A DNA stretch of 64,000 nucleotides from a virus (IMGVR_UViG_3300025534_000006:21781-85780); one strand, 5' to 3'. Shown: positions 27,338 to 37,532, numbered from the stretch's first letter. The notes: generated by a model from the sequence alone, not told the origin. Made by a program: numbers and translations.

Positions 27338-28123
27338 TCAGACCCTCGTTTTGCCTTCCCGCCGCAGCGAACGGCCTTCATTCAGCCGGGCGGTCAGATC
27401 ATAGATGCGCTTCCGAACGTCCTTGAGGTCGGCGACCCGCAGGTTCGGCATGTGGCGTTCCAGTTCATCAAGGCAGGCCATCACGGCCGCCTTGGCGCAT
27501 TCGGGGGAATTCGCGTCCCCGCCCTCGGAATTATCCGGTTCGGCGGCCCCGACGGCCACCTGCACGGGACTGGTCTCGGGCGCCTCAAAAGATGCAGTCG
27601 AAATGCCAGCAAGTTCCTGCATCCGCTGAATAGACGGAATGCCAGTCATTCCAAGTACCATCTCGTCCAGTTTCAGCGCGTCACCGACGGGCCTCACCTT
27701 CTTACGGTCAATCATCTTGAGCTTGCCTCCAATCAATACACCCACGGTGCCTCCGGGGCCGTGGGGGATTTTGACGATTGCATCGTCTCCGTTGACCTCC
27801 ACCGCGTCCCCGACGCCGAATTCCACAATCCCGTCGCTCGGTTCCTCGTCCCCGGACCGCTTCTTCCGGCGGCCGTGCTTCACCACCTCGGCATCCTCGT
27901 CCGACGCCTCCTCCGCTGCGGCCGGGACATCGCCTTCCTCCATGCCGTGCGGCGCGAGTATCCGCTTCGCAGCCGATGCATCGTTCTTGGCAACGGCGTC
28001 CGTCAGGGTGAGAAGCGCGTCGCCGTCCAGCTTGTCGAGCATCTCCTCCGCCTTCTCCCGGTCGATGCCGAGCAGCTTCCCGAGCCGCTCGATGAAGCCG
28101 CCGTCATTCATGTCCGCCATCAT
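27338..28123 (-). CDS. Late hypothetical protein with KOW/SH3-like segment
   Basis: FGVGDAVEV..IVKIPHGPGGTVGV; IQRMQELAGI. Confidence 0.65.
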   Translation of the reverse strand: MMADMNDGGFIERLGKLLGIDREKAEEMLDKLDGDALLTLTDAVAKNDASAAKRILAPHGMEEGDVPAAAEEASDEDAEVVKHGRRKKRSGDEEPSDGIVEFGVGDAVEVNGDDAIVKIPHGPGGTVGVLIGGKLKMIDRKKVRPVGDALKLDEMVLGMTGIPSIQRMQELAGISTASFEAPETSPVQVAVGAAEPDNSEGGDANSPECAKAAVMACLDELERHMPNLRVADLKDVRKRIYDLTARLNEGRSLRREGKTRV

Positions 28124-28277
28124 GCTCCTCCGCAGACGTGATCTCGATATGCGTGCGCGGCTGAACATCGGTCGCGGCGATGCGCTCGACCTCCTTGCGG
28201 GCGATCTTGTCGCCCCGCTTGCTCCAAACCGTCTTTCGGACAGAAATGCCCGCGTCGAACATTTCGTCGAGCTTCAT
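28104..28277 (-). CDS. Small late protein
   Basis: MKLDEMF start 23 nt after TAAATA 28301-28306. Confidence 0.5.
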   Translation of the reverse strand: MKLDEMFDAGISVRKTVWSKRGDKIARKEVERIAATDVQPRTHIEITSAEEHDGGHE

Positions 28278-28324
28278 GCTCAACCCCAAGCTATTTCCGC
28301 TATTTAGTGATGCACAAACGCACA

Positions 28325-28350
28325 AAGGCCCGGCATTGCTGCCGGGCCTT
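28325..28350 (-). terminator. Intrinsic terminator
   Basis: Perfect 11-bp stem AAGGCCCGGCA/TGCCGGGCCTT downstream of 28381..28722. Confidence 0.7.
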
Positions 28351-28380
28351 CGTCTGAACCCTTAGGAAACCGGAAAAGGA

Positions 28381-28722
28381 TCAGAAATCGACCTTGGCGA
28401 CGGTGGTGTTGTTGGCAGCGAAGCCCCAAGCACCAGCGTGCGCAACGATGGAGTCGGCCAGAGACGGGGTCACGTTGTCCCACGCGCCAGTGTGCTCGAT
28501 GGCGAACTTCACAACCTTCTCGCCCGCCTCGGCGCCATCGGTGACCGACATGATCACCGGCTGACCGCGCAGGGCGATCACCTCGATCAGCTTGTCGAGG
28601 GCATTCTCGAACTTGCCAGCCGGAGCGGAGGCCAGATCGACAGTGGTGGTGACGGTGTAGAAGTCGAGGGCGCTACCGAGGTGGGCGCCAGCGGCGACGT
28701 GACCATTGACCTTCTGAGTCAT
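28381..28722 (-). CDS. Small virion structural protein (own late promoter and terminator)
   Basis: TAAATA 28759-28764 upstream, terminator downstream. Confidence 0.7.
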   Translation of the reverse strand: MTQKVNGHVAAGAHLGSALDFYTVTTTVDLASAPAGKFENALDKLIEVIALRGQPVIMSVTDGAEAGEKVVKFAIEHTGAWDNVTPSLADSIVAHAGAWGFAANNTTVAKVDF

Positions 28723-28795
28723 TGTGTATGTCCCTTTGAAAAGAGGTTTTGGTGCATCTATTTAGTATTCGACCTTCAAAGCACTGCGCGTACCG

Positions 28796-29728
28796 TCAGG
28801 TAGACCGCTTGATCACCTTCGGCCCACGGTCCCCCTTCGGCGCCGGGTAGATCGACTTCGAATAGTCGTCGTCAAACCCCGCCCCGAGGCCACCGGCCAC
28901 GGTCGCCACATTCGCGGCGGCGGTGGCGCCTGCGGTCGCGCCTTCCTTCGCGTGGAGCCGCTTGCTGATCGCGTGCGCGGCCAGCGCCCCGACCGCCCCG
29001 GCGGCGAGATGCGCGATCAGACCGGTCCCGCGCTTCCGGTGGCCGCGTTCATGTGGCTCAAGGAAGGGCTCATCCTGCGCCTGCGCCCCGCAGCCCTCGC
29101 CCGTCTCCCGGTCGCAGACCCCGTGCAGTTCCAGATTGCCGTTCCGGGCGGCCCGGTTGAGGAGCGGGAGAAGCTCGCCCTTGGGGGCGCGGGACCGGAA
29201 GAATTGCAGCAGCCGGGTCATCGCCAGCCTGCGTTCGTGAACCGTAAGGTCGGGCCATTCCATGATCAGCCGCCGCAGCGCCCGCATCGATCCGTTCCCG
29301 ATTCGGAACATGATATCGAGCCGGACGAACAGCCGCGCGGTCTGATCCTCGAACCGCTGCTCTCGGGCACCCGCATTGAGCCAGTTCAGGATCGCGCCCT
29401 GCGAGACACGATGGTAATCGGCGAAGTCGTTGACATGCTTCGGGCCGTCCGGGTGATCCTGACCGATCAGTCCATGCAGGAGGGCATAGAGGTCGGTCGC
29501 ATCCGTGCGCCAGCGACGGAAGTTGCCGGACGAGGCCGTCTTGCGGCAGATGATCCTTGCGTGAGCGGCCGTATCCGGCTCGCAAAGCAGGATGCGCAGG
29601 CCCAAGATGTGCAGGTAGGCCAGTTCCGCCAGTTCGTCGGCATCATAGGTCGCAAGCGCCTTCACGGAGGGTATCAGACGGCTCTCCGAAAGGGCGTTGA
29701 GCAGCGAAAAGCGCGGTTCCTCGCTCAT
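28796..29728 (-). CDS. Late hypothetical (virion/head) protein
   Basis: LSESRL near N-terminus; Ala/Gly-rich hydrophobic tail. Confidence 0.65.
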   Translation of the reverse strand: MSEEPRFSLLNALSESRLIPSVKALATYDADELAELAYLHILGLRILLCEPDTAAHARIICRKTASSGNFRRWRTDATDLYALLHGLIGQDHPDGPKHVNDFADYHRVSQGAILNWLNAGAREQRFEDQTARLFVRLDIMFRIGNGSMRALRRLIMEWPDLTVHERRLAMTRLLQFFRSRAPKGELLPLLNRAARNGNLELHGVCDRETGEGCGAQAQDEPFLEPHERGHRKRGTGLIAHLAAGAVGALAAHAISKRLHAKEGATAGATAAANVATVAGGLGAGFDDDYSKSIYPAPKGDRGPKVIKRST

Positions 29729-31011
29729 TTTTTCAAGCTCAGAAGGGCGCCCCAGACGTTGGCGGCGAGATTGAGCTTCTGCTTCTGCACCTGCGCGGCG
29801 AAATCCTTCCAGTCGCGCGCCTTGGAGGCGATGTTGCTGACGGCCTCGACGGTTTCTGGCTTGAGGTTCGGGATTTTCGACAGCGCGTCCCTGATCTTCT
29901 GGACCGGAAGGCCGCTGGGGCGCTGTTGCTGTGCCGCCTGCTGCTGTGCCTGCGGCGGCGATTGCTGGGTCCGCTGCTGCGACGGGTTGCCCATCTGCAA
30001 CTGCTTCGCCGTGGTGCCATCCTCGTCCGGATGCGTGATGACCCCCGTGTTAAAGAGGTGCTGCGCCATCGCGGTGAAAAGCTTTTGCAGGTAGGCGCGG
30101 TCGAAGCCTGCCTCCCACAGCGCCTCACGCTCGGAGATGGCGATCCGCAACGCCTCGTGCAGGGCCGCCTTGCTGCGCACCTGATGCTCCACGAGGATGC
30201 GGGCGAGGCCAATTGCCAGCATCAGCGGCTCGTAGCCTTCTTGGACACCAAGGCGCTGATTGGCGGTCTGGATCATGCGCATCAGGTTCGGCATCTTCTG
30301 CGTGAGGCGGGGTTCCCTTTCGAGGTTTCGCAGGAAGGTGAGCAGTCGTTTCTTCTCGCCTTCGCCACGCTCCAACGCGCTGGTGATCAGTTCCTTGGTG
30401 AGATTGAAGATCGCGCCCTTGGCTTTGCTGTCGAGCATCGGCTCACGGGTCGCCGCGAGCAGCTTGCTCATCGTCTTGATCTGGTAGTTGTCATACGGCG
30501 TCTTGCCCACGCCGCCGCCGAACATCCGCATCACGTCGCTGACCGCCGCCTTCCGGGCCGCCGTGCTTGCCGGTTTCGCCGGGGTCTCTCCGGCGTCTGC
30601 GGCCGGGTTCTTCTGCCCGGTCGGCGCGGTGGCATTCTCGGGCTTGGACGCACTGGGGCCGTCCAGCGTCGGCAGGTTGAGCTTCTGCCGGATCGCGTTG
30701 GCGGTCGGCAGCCAATTCGGGTCCTTTGCCAGACCTTCCTTGGTGTACCAGTCCACGGCTTCCCGGCCGTAGGTACGGGCGAAGAACTCGGCGATGGTTT
30801 CCGGATTGGTCTGGCGTCCTTCGCGTGCGGCGAAGCGCAGCCAGCGATTCATCATGTCCCGAACCGCGTGGTCGAGTTGCAGCTTGCCTTGTGCCGTCTC
30901 ACTGCCGAAGGCGGCCAGAACGGAATTCTTGGCCCGGTCCAAGGCGCTGCCTGCCACCGCCTTGAACGTGTCGAACGGACCCTCTTTGATTACATTGCTC
31001 ACGGGGCTCAA
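29725..31011 (-). CDS. Late hypothetical (internal head-like) protein
   Basis: IKEG and VQEG sites; Gln/Ala-rich linkers. Confidence 0.65.
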   Translation of the reverse strand: MSPVSNVIKEGPFDTFKAVAGSALDRAKNSVLAAFGSETAQGKLQLDHAVRDMMNRWLRFAAREGRQTNPETIAEFFARTYGREAVDWYTKEGLAKDPNWLPTANAIRQKLNLPTLDGPSASKPENATAPTGQKNPAADAGETPAKPASTAARKAAVSDVMRMFGGGVGKTPYDNYQIKTMSKLLAATREPMLDSKAKGAIFNLTKELITSALERGEGEKKRLLTFLRNLEREPRLTQKMPNLMRMIQTANQRLGVQEGYEPLMLAIGLARILVEHQVRSKAALHEALRIAISEREALWEAGFDRAYLQKLFTAMAQHLFNTGVITHPDEDGTTAKQLQMGNPSQQRTQQSPPQAQQQAAQQQRPSGLPVQKIRDALSKIPNLKPETVEAVSNIASKARDWKDFAAQVQKQKLNLAANVWGALLSLKK

Positions 31012-31268
31012 TCCTTCTTCTTCTTGCCTTCGCGGATTGCGCGGACCCGGCGACGGAATTTCTCCTCATCCCCGCTCTGGATGGCACGGACAAGACGCTT
31101 GCTGAGGTCGTCGGCCGTCTCGCTGTCGTAGCTCTCGCGGATCAGCCGCAGGACGTTCAACGCCGAGGCGATAACCTGCTGCCCCCGCATTTCAATGAGC
31201 AGGTCGCGGTTGCGGTTGGGTGCGTAGTCGGAGAGTTCCTCTACGATGCTGCGGAAGCGTTGTTCCAA
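31008..31268 (-). CDS. Conserved late hypothetical protein
   Basis: In operon with neighbours. Confidence 0.65.
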   Translation of the reverse strand: MEQRFRSIVEELSDYAPNRNRDLLIEMRGQQVIASALNVLRLIRESYDSETADDLSKRLVRAIQSGDEEKFRRRVRAIREGKKKKD

Positions 31269-31271
31269 GGC

Positions 31272-31556
31272 TTAGTCCCCCTCGGTATGCCGACGGATCA
31301 GGTTCTCGACCATGTCGGCGGCGCGCTGCATTCCCAGTTCGACGCCAAGAGCCTGCTCGCTGTCCTCATTCTCGGTGTGTGAGCGAAGCTTGAAAGCCAA
31401 ATCGCGCAGGTCGGCTATGATCGGCGGCTCGGACACCGGGAGTGCTTCATCCGATGTATCCTGATCCTCAAGGACGCATTCGCTCGCCGAGGGCAGAAGT
31501 TCCTCGGCGAGCAAGATGTACCCACGCATTTCGGTGATGAAGGTATTGTCGTTCAT
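31272..31556 (-). CDS. Late hypothetical protein
   Basis: TAAATA 31578-31583. Confidence 0.6.
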   Translation of the reverse strand: MNDNTFITEMRGYILLAEELLPSASECVLEDQDTSDEALPVSEPPIIADLRDLAFKLRSHTENEDSEQALGVELGMQRAADMVENLIRRHTEGD

Positions 31557-31593
31557 CGCGCGATCCTGTGTCCGCCTTATTTAGGCGGATGAT

Positions 31594-33153
31594 TCAGATC
31601 AGCGCGGAATGCTTGCGGGTGTGCGTCATGAGTTGGCCGATCAGATCGATTGTGCGCGGCTCCGACGCGGCCGGGACCACCCCGGCTTCCTCGCCCGTCT
31701 CGACCTCCATAGCCATATCCTCTACCTCGGGCGGGGCGGAGACCGGCACGGAGCCGGTGGAGGCCGGTTCCGGCTGCTGCGCTGGCGCCGGAGCGGGCGG
31801 CTGGGTCTGGGACGCGGCGATCTGAGCCTGCACCTGCTGCTTCAAATTGCTCATCGACATCGGCTTCTCCGGGTTCTCGTCAAAGCCGCCGAGCGGCGGA
31901 TCGGTGATCCGCATCGAGGTGTTGTTGTAGGCAAGTTCGATCTTGCTGCCGACCGCCGACGAGGAGCGCGTCTTGAGGAACTGGATTTCGTAGATGCCCC
32001 GCTCCTTCATCGCGGGCGTCGCCAGCAGGCCGAACACGTTGTCGGCGGTGTTGATCTTGGAGATGCCGCCCGCAATGTGCGAATGGTCGAACTCCATGGT
32101 CTGAACGGAGGTGCGGTTCAACTGACTGGCGGTCGCCCCGAAGGTGTTGGTCTCGTGCATGAGGCCGCGCAGTTCTTCGGAGACGAATTTGTCCTTGGTG
32201 AACAGGTCCGATGCATCGATCCGCCGATTGTTCGGATAGAGCAGGTCCAGATAGTCCACGATGAGCGCATCCGGCTTGATGGCCCGTTTGATCTCGTACT
32301 CCTTGAGATAGGCTCGGAGATCGTTGGAGGTCGTTCCGCCCTCCGGCAGCTTCTTGACCGTCAGCGAACCGGCCTGCTTGCCGCGCATGGAGATGATGTA
32401 GGCGCTTTCGTCAATCTTCCGAAGCACCTCGCTGGTGCCGCGCCCGGTCACCATGGCGTCGAGACGCAGCGCGACCAGTTCCTCCGAGAGTTCCAGCGTG
32501 ATATAGACCACATGGTAACCCATGAAGGCCCAGTTGAGCGCGAGGTTCTGCAAGACCAGCGACTTGCCGGAGCCCGAGCCGCCCGCGAACACGTTGAGGC
32601 CGCCGCGCGTGAACCCGCCGTACAGCTTGTTGTCGAGCGTCTCCCAACCGGTGCTGACGTAAGCGGACTTGTCCTTGAGCCGTTCGAGACGCTGATGCGG
32701 ATCGGAGAAGTAGTCCATCCCAAGCTCGGACACGAGGCTGATCGTCATCGCGTCCCGGACGCGCTTCTCGATCTCGGCGCCGTTCCCCTTCTTGAGCAGT
32801 TCGACGCCTTCGAGGATGGCAAGCTCAAGCGCCTTGTAGCGGCAGAAGCTTTCGATCTCCTTGAGCAGCCATTCCCGCTTCTGCGGCGATTCTCCGATAT
32901 CCTGCGGCGTGAGGGCGACACCGGCTTTGCCACGGATCAGGTCGGCGTCAGGCAGGTCACGGTTCTCGTCCGCATATTCGAGAACGAAGCGCACCGCCGG
33001 GCGAAGCGTGTCCTCGAAATACTCCGGCATGAGGATATTGCGGCAGAGAGCGAAGGCTGTCGGATTGCCGATCAGGCAAGACAGGAGGTATCGCTGGACT
33101 TCGGCATTGAATTCGAGGTTGAAGTCCTTCTCGGACTTCAGAGGCGTTCTCAT
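31594..33153 (-). CDS. Replicative DnaB/gp41-like helicase
   Basis: GGSGSGKS Walker A, ITLELSE, LIVDYLD, ASQLNR, LKTR. Confidence 0.93.
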   Translation of the reverse strand: MRTPLKSEKDFNLEFNAEVQRYLLSCLIGNPTAFALCRNILMPEYFEDTLRPAVRFVLEYADENRDLPDADLIRGKAGVALTPQDIGESPQKREWLLKEIESFCRYKALELAILEGVELLKKGNGAEIEKRVRDAMTISLVSELGMDYFSDPHQRLERLKDKSAYVSTGWETLDNKLYGGFTRGGLNVFAGGSGSGKSLVLQNLALNWAFMGYHVVYITLELSEELVALRLDAMVTGRGTSEVLRKIDESAYIISMRGKQAGSLTVKKLPEGGTTSNDLRAYLKEYEIKRAIKPDALIVDYLDLLYPNNRRIDASDLFTKDKFVSEELRGLMHETNTFGATASQLNRTSVQTMEFDHSHIAGGISKINTADNVFGLLATPAMKERGIYEIQFLKTRSSSAVGSKIELAYNNTSMRITDPPLGGFDENPEKPMSMSNLKQQVQAQIAASQTQPPAPAPAQQPEPASTGSVPVSAPPEVEDMAMEVETGEEAGVVPAASEPRTIDLIGQLMTHTRKHSALI

Positions 33154-33207
33154 ATGCGCTTTCTCAAAATATCTGACTGAAACAGTCTTTGCGGGACCCC
33201 GGCCCTG

Positions 33208-34284
33208 TCAGGCCAGCATCTTCCGGTAAAGCGTGATCTGCATCCTGTTGGAGGTGGCCGTTTCGAGAACGGAGCGCAGCGTATATAGCCGCCCGTACCG
33301 CTGCACGGCCTGCGCCGCATCCTTCACGTCGGCTTCCCACCAATTGGCGTAGCCATGGCCGTCGCTCAGGCGCGGAAAGGCGACATGGAAGTCATTCGCC
33401 ACCGCCACGTCGATGAGGCGCTGACCGGCCTTGTCGCGGTCCGGCAGGACGATGGGGGTCTTGCCGCAGTTCTTGATCCACGCGATCTGCTTGTCATTCA
33501 GGCGGGCGCCCAAAGTGCCGACCGCATCCAACGCCAGAGCGTCAAAGATGCCCTCGACGATGATGACGAAACGACGCTCCGGGGCGGTCAGCGCGGCGGT
33601 GTTGAACAGCAGGTTCGACGGCGTCTCGTTATAGTAGCGCGGATTGATGTCCGGCACGGTGGCCCGCGCCGTCCATCCCACCATCTTTCCCTCATGGAAG
33701 CAGGGGATGATCAGGCGCTTGTTGAGATGATGACCCCCGTCCTCCGGCGTCCAGTAGTAGGTGGTCGCCCCCACCAGATCGTCGCCGCGCGAGAACAGGT
33801 ACTCGACGGCGGTCAGGAAGTCCGGGTCCTCGCACCTGTCCTCCGCCCACTCCGCCAGCGACCTTGCACCTTTCGGCAGGGCCTTGGCCGGGAAGTCGAT
33901 GATGTTGCTGACCTTCGCCACCTCCTGCGCGGCCGGGTTGTCCGCCACCATGCGGGACAGGGTGAACGCCCAATGCGCGAGCCGCTTCACCTCCATCGAG
34001 GATACGCCGACCTCCATGAGGAAGTCCTGCATGGTTCGGCTGAGCGTTTCGCCCTTTCGGAACCGGCTCTTGAAGCCGCAGTTGAAGCAATGGATACCGA
34101 TGCCCTTGGCATCGTATTTGATGCCGCACCGTTGCCGCTTGTCCTGCGTCTCCCCACGATGTACGCACATGGGACAGTTGATGGAGATGAAACCCGTCCC
34201 GGACCGCCGCCTCGCGCTTTTCAGCGACGAGGACAGCGCGGTCCAGACGAGGTCCTCGCTGAACAGCTTTTCGAGTGCGGACAT
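33208..34284 (-). CDS. DNA primase (gp61-like)
   Basis: CPMC...HCFNC Zn finger; VEGIFDA and PDRD TOPRIM motifs. Confidence 0.9.
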   Translation of the reverse strand: MSALEKLFSEDLVWTALSSSLKSARRRSGTGFISINCPMCVHRGETQDKRQRCGIKYDAKGIGIHCFNCGFKSRFRKGETLSRTMQDFLMEVGVSSMEVKRLAHWAFTLSRMVADNPAAQEVAKVSNIIDFPAKALPKGARSLAEWAEDRCEDPDFLTAVEYLFSRGDDLVGATTYYWTPEDGGHHLNKRLIIPCFHEGKMVGWTARATVPDINPRYYNETPSNLLFNTAALTAPERRFVIIVEGIFDALALDAVGTLGARLNDKQIAWIKNCGKTPIVLPDRDKAGQRLIDVAVANDFHVAFPRLSDGHGYANWWEADVKDAAQAVQRYGRLYTLRSVLETATSNRMQITLYRKMLA

Positions 34285-34286
34285 GC

Positions 34287-34826
34287 TTACTGCGTCGCGC
34301 GACGGGCCTGCGGGTTGAATTTCGGCAGCGGTGCCATGCGCTCAAGCGCCTGCGCGAAGGTGATGGGGGTGTAGTTCCAGCAGTCGGCACCCACGTCGCA
34401 GCAATTGCCCCAGTCGTCGCAATTGCCGTGCTCGTGGCCGTAGAGATGGTACCAGCCCCGGTAGAGGCCATCCCATGACCGGCTCGGGTAGTGGTCGAGC
34501 ACGATCATCTTGCCGTCGAGCTTGATGGTCGCGCGCTGCACGGGCGTCTCCGCCCACGGCAGGGCCAGCACCTCGTCATTGTCATGGTTGCCGATCACCA
34601 GCCGCTTGTGGCCGTTCAGCCGGGGGAAAATCTCGGCCACCAGCCCCTTGGTGCTTCGGTAGGAGAAATCCCCGAGGTGCCACACGTCATCATTTGGCCC
34701 GACCACGGCGTTCCACCGCTCGATCAGGGCGGCGTGCATCTCGTCGAGATTGGCGAAGGGTCGCTTCGAAAGGCGAATGATGTTGGAATGTCCGAAATGG
34801 GTATCGGACGTGAACCACGTCGGCAT
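34287..34826 (-). CDS. Calcineurin-like metallophosphoesterase
   Basis: SDTHFGH, HLGDF, GNHD, GHEH. Confidence 0.9.
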   Translation of the reverse strand: MPTWFTSDTHFGHSNIIRLSKRPFANLDEMHAALIERWNAVVGPNDDVWHLGDFSYRSTKGLVAEIFPRLNGHKRLVIGNHDNDEVLALPWAETPVQRATIKLDGKMIVLDHYPSRSWDGLYRGWYHLYGHEHGNCDDWGNCCDVGADCWNYTPITFAQALERMAPLPKFNPQARRATQ

Positions 34827-34923
34827 CTGAAATGACTCTCTGAAATATGGGCACAGGATGCCGGATTAACCCGGTTCTTGTCAACGGCCTTAGGCCGGTC
34901 TCCTCCCGTCTCCGTCTCCGGCG

Positions 34924-35715
34924 TTACGCCTTGACGAAAATCCGCGAGACCTGCCCCTCGGTTGTGCGGAGCGCGATACGCACCTTGGCGAAATTCCCCT
35001 CGGCGCTGAACGCCACCGCCCCCGTGACGCCTTCGTAATCCTGCCGGGCGGCCTCGAACCAGTCATCCTCCACGGGCTGGTCGGCGATGGTCGCTTCAAG
35101 GGTCAGGCTGCCGCTGAACCCGTCGAGCAGGGCTTCAACGGTGTGCAGGCCATCCGGGTAGCCGAGGGCGGCAGAGCCCGGCACGGCGCTGCTGCGGGCC
35201 ACCGTATCGGTGACCGTGAAGGTGGAGGGGTCGAGCACCACCGGGGCAGCCGGAGCCGGGCGAGGGCCTTCCAGCACCTCCAAATGGCTGTAGGGTGTGT
35301 AGTCGCGGTCGGTATAGAGCATCGCCTCGTCGCCGTCGGGGCGGGTCGCCACCACGCTCCACCGCAGCGGGTGGCTCGGCCAGTCGATCATGTCGCCCGG
35401 CAGGATGGTCAGGCGGTAGAGGGCGCGGGCCGGATCGACCACCGTCAGGGCGCGGGACAGCAGCAACCGATCCGCCTTGGTGTCCACGATATTCGCGGTG
35501 AGCGCCCCGCCGGTCAGGTCCACCGGCTTGCGGTCGATGTCCAGAACGAAGAACTCGATGTCGTTGCGCGTTCCGCGCACGACGCGAAACACGGTGCGGT
35601 TAACGGGATAATTCATAAGGATCGGCCCACTGGTTGCTGCGGACGATGCCAAGACGAGTTGGACCACGCGGGGGAGGGCGTACAATGCGACCCGCCCGGC
35701 ATCGCTGTAGGACAT
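34924..35715 (-). CDS. Virion structural protein with Ig-like/BppU-like N-domain
   Basis: RG..NDIEFFVLD.DRKPVDL; TAAATA 35753-35758. Confidence 0.65.
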   Translation of the reverse strand: MSYSDAGRVALYALPRVVQLVLASSAATSGPILMNYPVNRTVFRVVRGTRNDIEFFVLDIDRKPVDLTGGALTANIVDTKADRLLLSRALTVVDPARALYRLTILPGDMIDWPSHPLRWSVVATRPDGDEAMLYTDRDYTPYSHLEVLEGPRPAPAAPVVLDPSTFTVTDTVARSSAVPGSAALGYPDGLHTVEALLDGFSGSLTLEATIADQPVEDDWFEAARQDYEGVTGAVAFSAEGNFAKVRIALRTTEGQVSRIFVKA

Positions 35716-35752
35716 TGAAGCGCCTCCGGTCTTATCTGGCTCCGTTCCGGGC

Positions 35753-35770
35753 TATTTAGCCGCTTAAATA
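35753..35770. promoter_or_regulatory. Back-to-back divergent TAAATA late promoters
   Basis: TATTTA 35753-35758 and TAAATA 35765-35770 between divergent genes. Confidence 0.7.
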
Positions 35771-35789
35771 CCGCAATCGCTCCCCATTC

Positions 35790-36260
35790 ATGAGGCCGAG
35801 CACGCAGCGCGTTAAAATGAGCATTCCTAAATACGTGATCCGCGTCCACGCCTCGACCGCACATGGATTTACACTCATGATTCTGGATGAACGCATCGAA
35901 AAAATCCTGATCTCCTTTCCGTTCCTGTCCTATGGAACGATGCTTGGTCGCCCGTATCTCGGCATCATCCAGAACTGCGACAACCAGCTACTCTCGATGT
36001 ACGTTCTGGATGCTATCCCGACGGAGGAGATGCGCCGGGAATTCCTGCGCCTCGGCGAGGCATGGTGGTGGGGCAGCAATCGGCAGATACCGATCAATAT
36101 CTTCCTCAAGGACCGGTTCCGGCCGTTCAGGGAGTACCTCACGCACTTCTCCCGCAAGGATTTCATCCTTGAGGCCGGACCGACCGTGAGCCTGCACGAG
36201 ACCATCGCGCGCCGGGTCCGCAAGCGCCAGATCACCCTCGTCCGCCGCACTCCCGCCTAG
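35790..36260 (+). CDS. Conserved jumbo-phage hypothetical protein
   Basis: FPFLS...WWWGSNRQIPINIFL; start may be 35790, 35817 or 35877. Confidence 0.7.
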   Translation: MRPSTQRVKMSIPKYVIRVHASTAHGFTLMILDERIEKILISFPFLSYGTMLGRPYLGIIQNCDNQLLSMYVLDAIPTEEMRREFLRLGEAWWWGSNRQIPINIFLKDRFRPFREYLTHFSRKDFILEAGPTVSLHETIARRVRKRQITLVRRTPA

Positions 36261-36544
36261 TCGCCGTCGGGCCGCCCGGTCCAGTACAGCTTGAACAAAG
36301 CGAATTCCTTTTCGTCGTGGAATGCCACGGTCATGATGATCCGGACCATTTCACTGCTGACCAACTGACCGCCCTCCTCCCACAGCAACTCCCAGTCCTT
36401 GCAGTTTTCAGTCAGCCATTCGTGCAGTTCGGGGTTGTAGAAGCGGAACGTGTCCGCCACCAACTCGGCGGACAGCAACTCGGACGGGACCCAGATCGCT
36501 GGCAGGCGATGCAACCACATGATGTTCGCTATGCTCCCGACCAA
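36257..36544 (-). CDS. Small protein, FxxxxD/ExxxFxLxW family
   Basis: VAFHDEKEFALFKLYW. Confidence 0.55.
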   Translation of the reverse strand: MVGSIANIMWLHRLPAIWVPSELLSAELVADTFRFYNPELHEWLTENCKDWELLWEEGGQLVSSEMVRIIMTVAFHDEKEFALFKLYWTGRPDGD

Positions 36545-36900
36545 CAGAGAGCGAATGTCACGGCGGTGGCATCGTTCTCGAAGCTAAAGTGGAAGGTGAG
36601 GCGGCTTACCGAGTGGACCTCGATCCGCATCGACCACTCGCCATCACTGTGCTCGGCGATCCATTCGACCACGTTGCGGAGCCAGTGGGTCAGGGCCGCC
36701 GCACTGAGACCTTCGCGCACGATGGCGATGCGGTGGTCCCGATCCTCCGCCACAAAGCGGGCGAACCGGCCACCGCGAAGCTCAAGCTCGCTGCCATAGA
36801 GGGGCAGTAGGTCAATCTGGTAGAGAAACCGACCGGTGCGCTCGCTGACCACCTCCTGACACAGCCATGGCTCATTCACGCCAACCACCGTGAACGTCAT
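36529..36900 (-). CDS. Small protein, FxxxxD/ExxxFxLxW family
   Basis: FSFENDATAVTFALCW. Confidence 0.6.
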   Translation of the reverse strand: MTFTVVGVNEPWLCQEVVSERTGRFLYQIDLLPLYGSELELRGGRFARFVAEDRDHRIAIVREGLSAAALTHWLRNVVEWIAEHSDGEWSMRIEVHSVSRLTFHFSFENDATAVTFALCWSGA

Positions 36901-37532
36901 GCGGCTTGGGCTTTTTCGACAAGGAGGTTTAGCTGCACGACGATGCTGGTCGCATAGGCGATGGCGTGCGACCGCTTGAACGTATAGCCTTCGGCGGAGG
37001 GCTTCCAGATTTCCGCGTCGATGACATGACGTGGCCGATGCAGGAGGTGGCGCTTGCCGGGCCGGATCAACGCAAGGCAGACGGCGATATCCTCGATGGA
37101 TCGCGGCCGGATCGCCGACACCACGTCGAAATGCCCCGAAAGGTGCGCGAGGCTGTCCACCACATCCCTGTCGTCGAACAATTCCCAGACCGGTTCCCGA
37201 TTCAGGAGTGCGACGAGATGCGCTTCGTCACGGACTTCCCTGTAGATGGAGACGTTGAGGAAATCCAGCTTGAAGTAGCCATGATCGCCTGCTTCCTTGT
37301 AGTCAAAGACGGCAAGCCCATCCAGCGGATCGGTCGGGACGTTCTGGAAGTAGACGCCGGTCTTGTGCTTCATGCGCTGACCATTGGCGATCTGCGTGGC
37401 CGGAATGTACGGCAGGCCCGCGAGGGCCGCTTCGCGGTCGGCAAAGTCGATATCGATATCGGTGGAAACACCCATCGCCCGAGCTTTCCTGCTGGTGATG
37501 TCGCGTAGGTCTGGTCGCTTGCTGTCGGACAT
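36897..37532 (-). CDS. Minimal DnaE (Pol III alpha)-like catalytic core
   Basis: DIDIDF, KHKTGV, GYFKLDFL, ALIRPG, FKRSHAIAYA; TAAATA 37548-37553. Confidence 0.8.
   Translation of the reverse strand: MSDSKRPDLRDITSRKARAMGVSTDIDIDFADREAALAGLPYIPATQIANGQRMKHKTGVYFQNVPTDPLDGLAVFDYKEAGDHGYFKLDFLNVSIYREVRDEAHLVALLNREPVWELFDDRDVVDSLAHLSGHFDVVSAIRPRSIEDIAVCLALIRPGKRHLLHRPRHVIDAEIWKPSAEGYTFKRSHAIAYATSIVVQLNLLVEKAQAA

Noticed and set aside
28104-28277. Frameshifted remnant of a longer basic protein overlapping 27338..28168
   Set aside because: Alternative frames gave no convincing continuation; it cannot be supported without homologue alignment.
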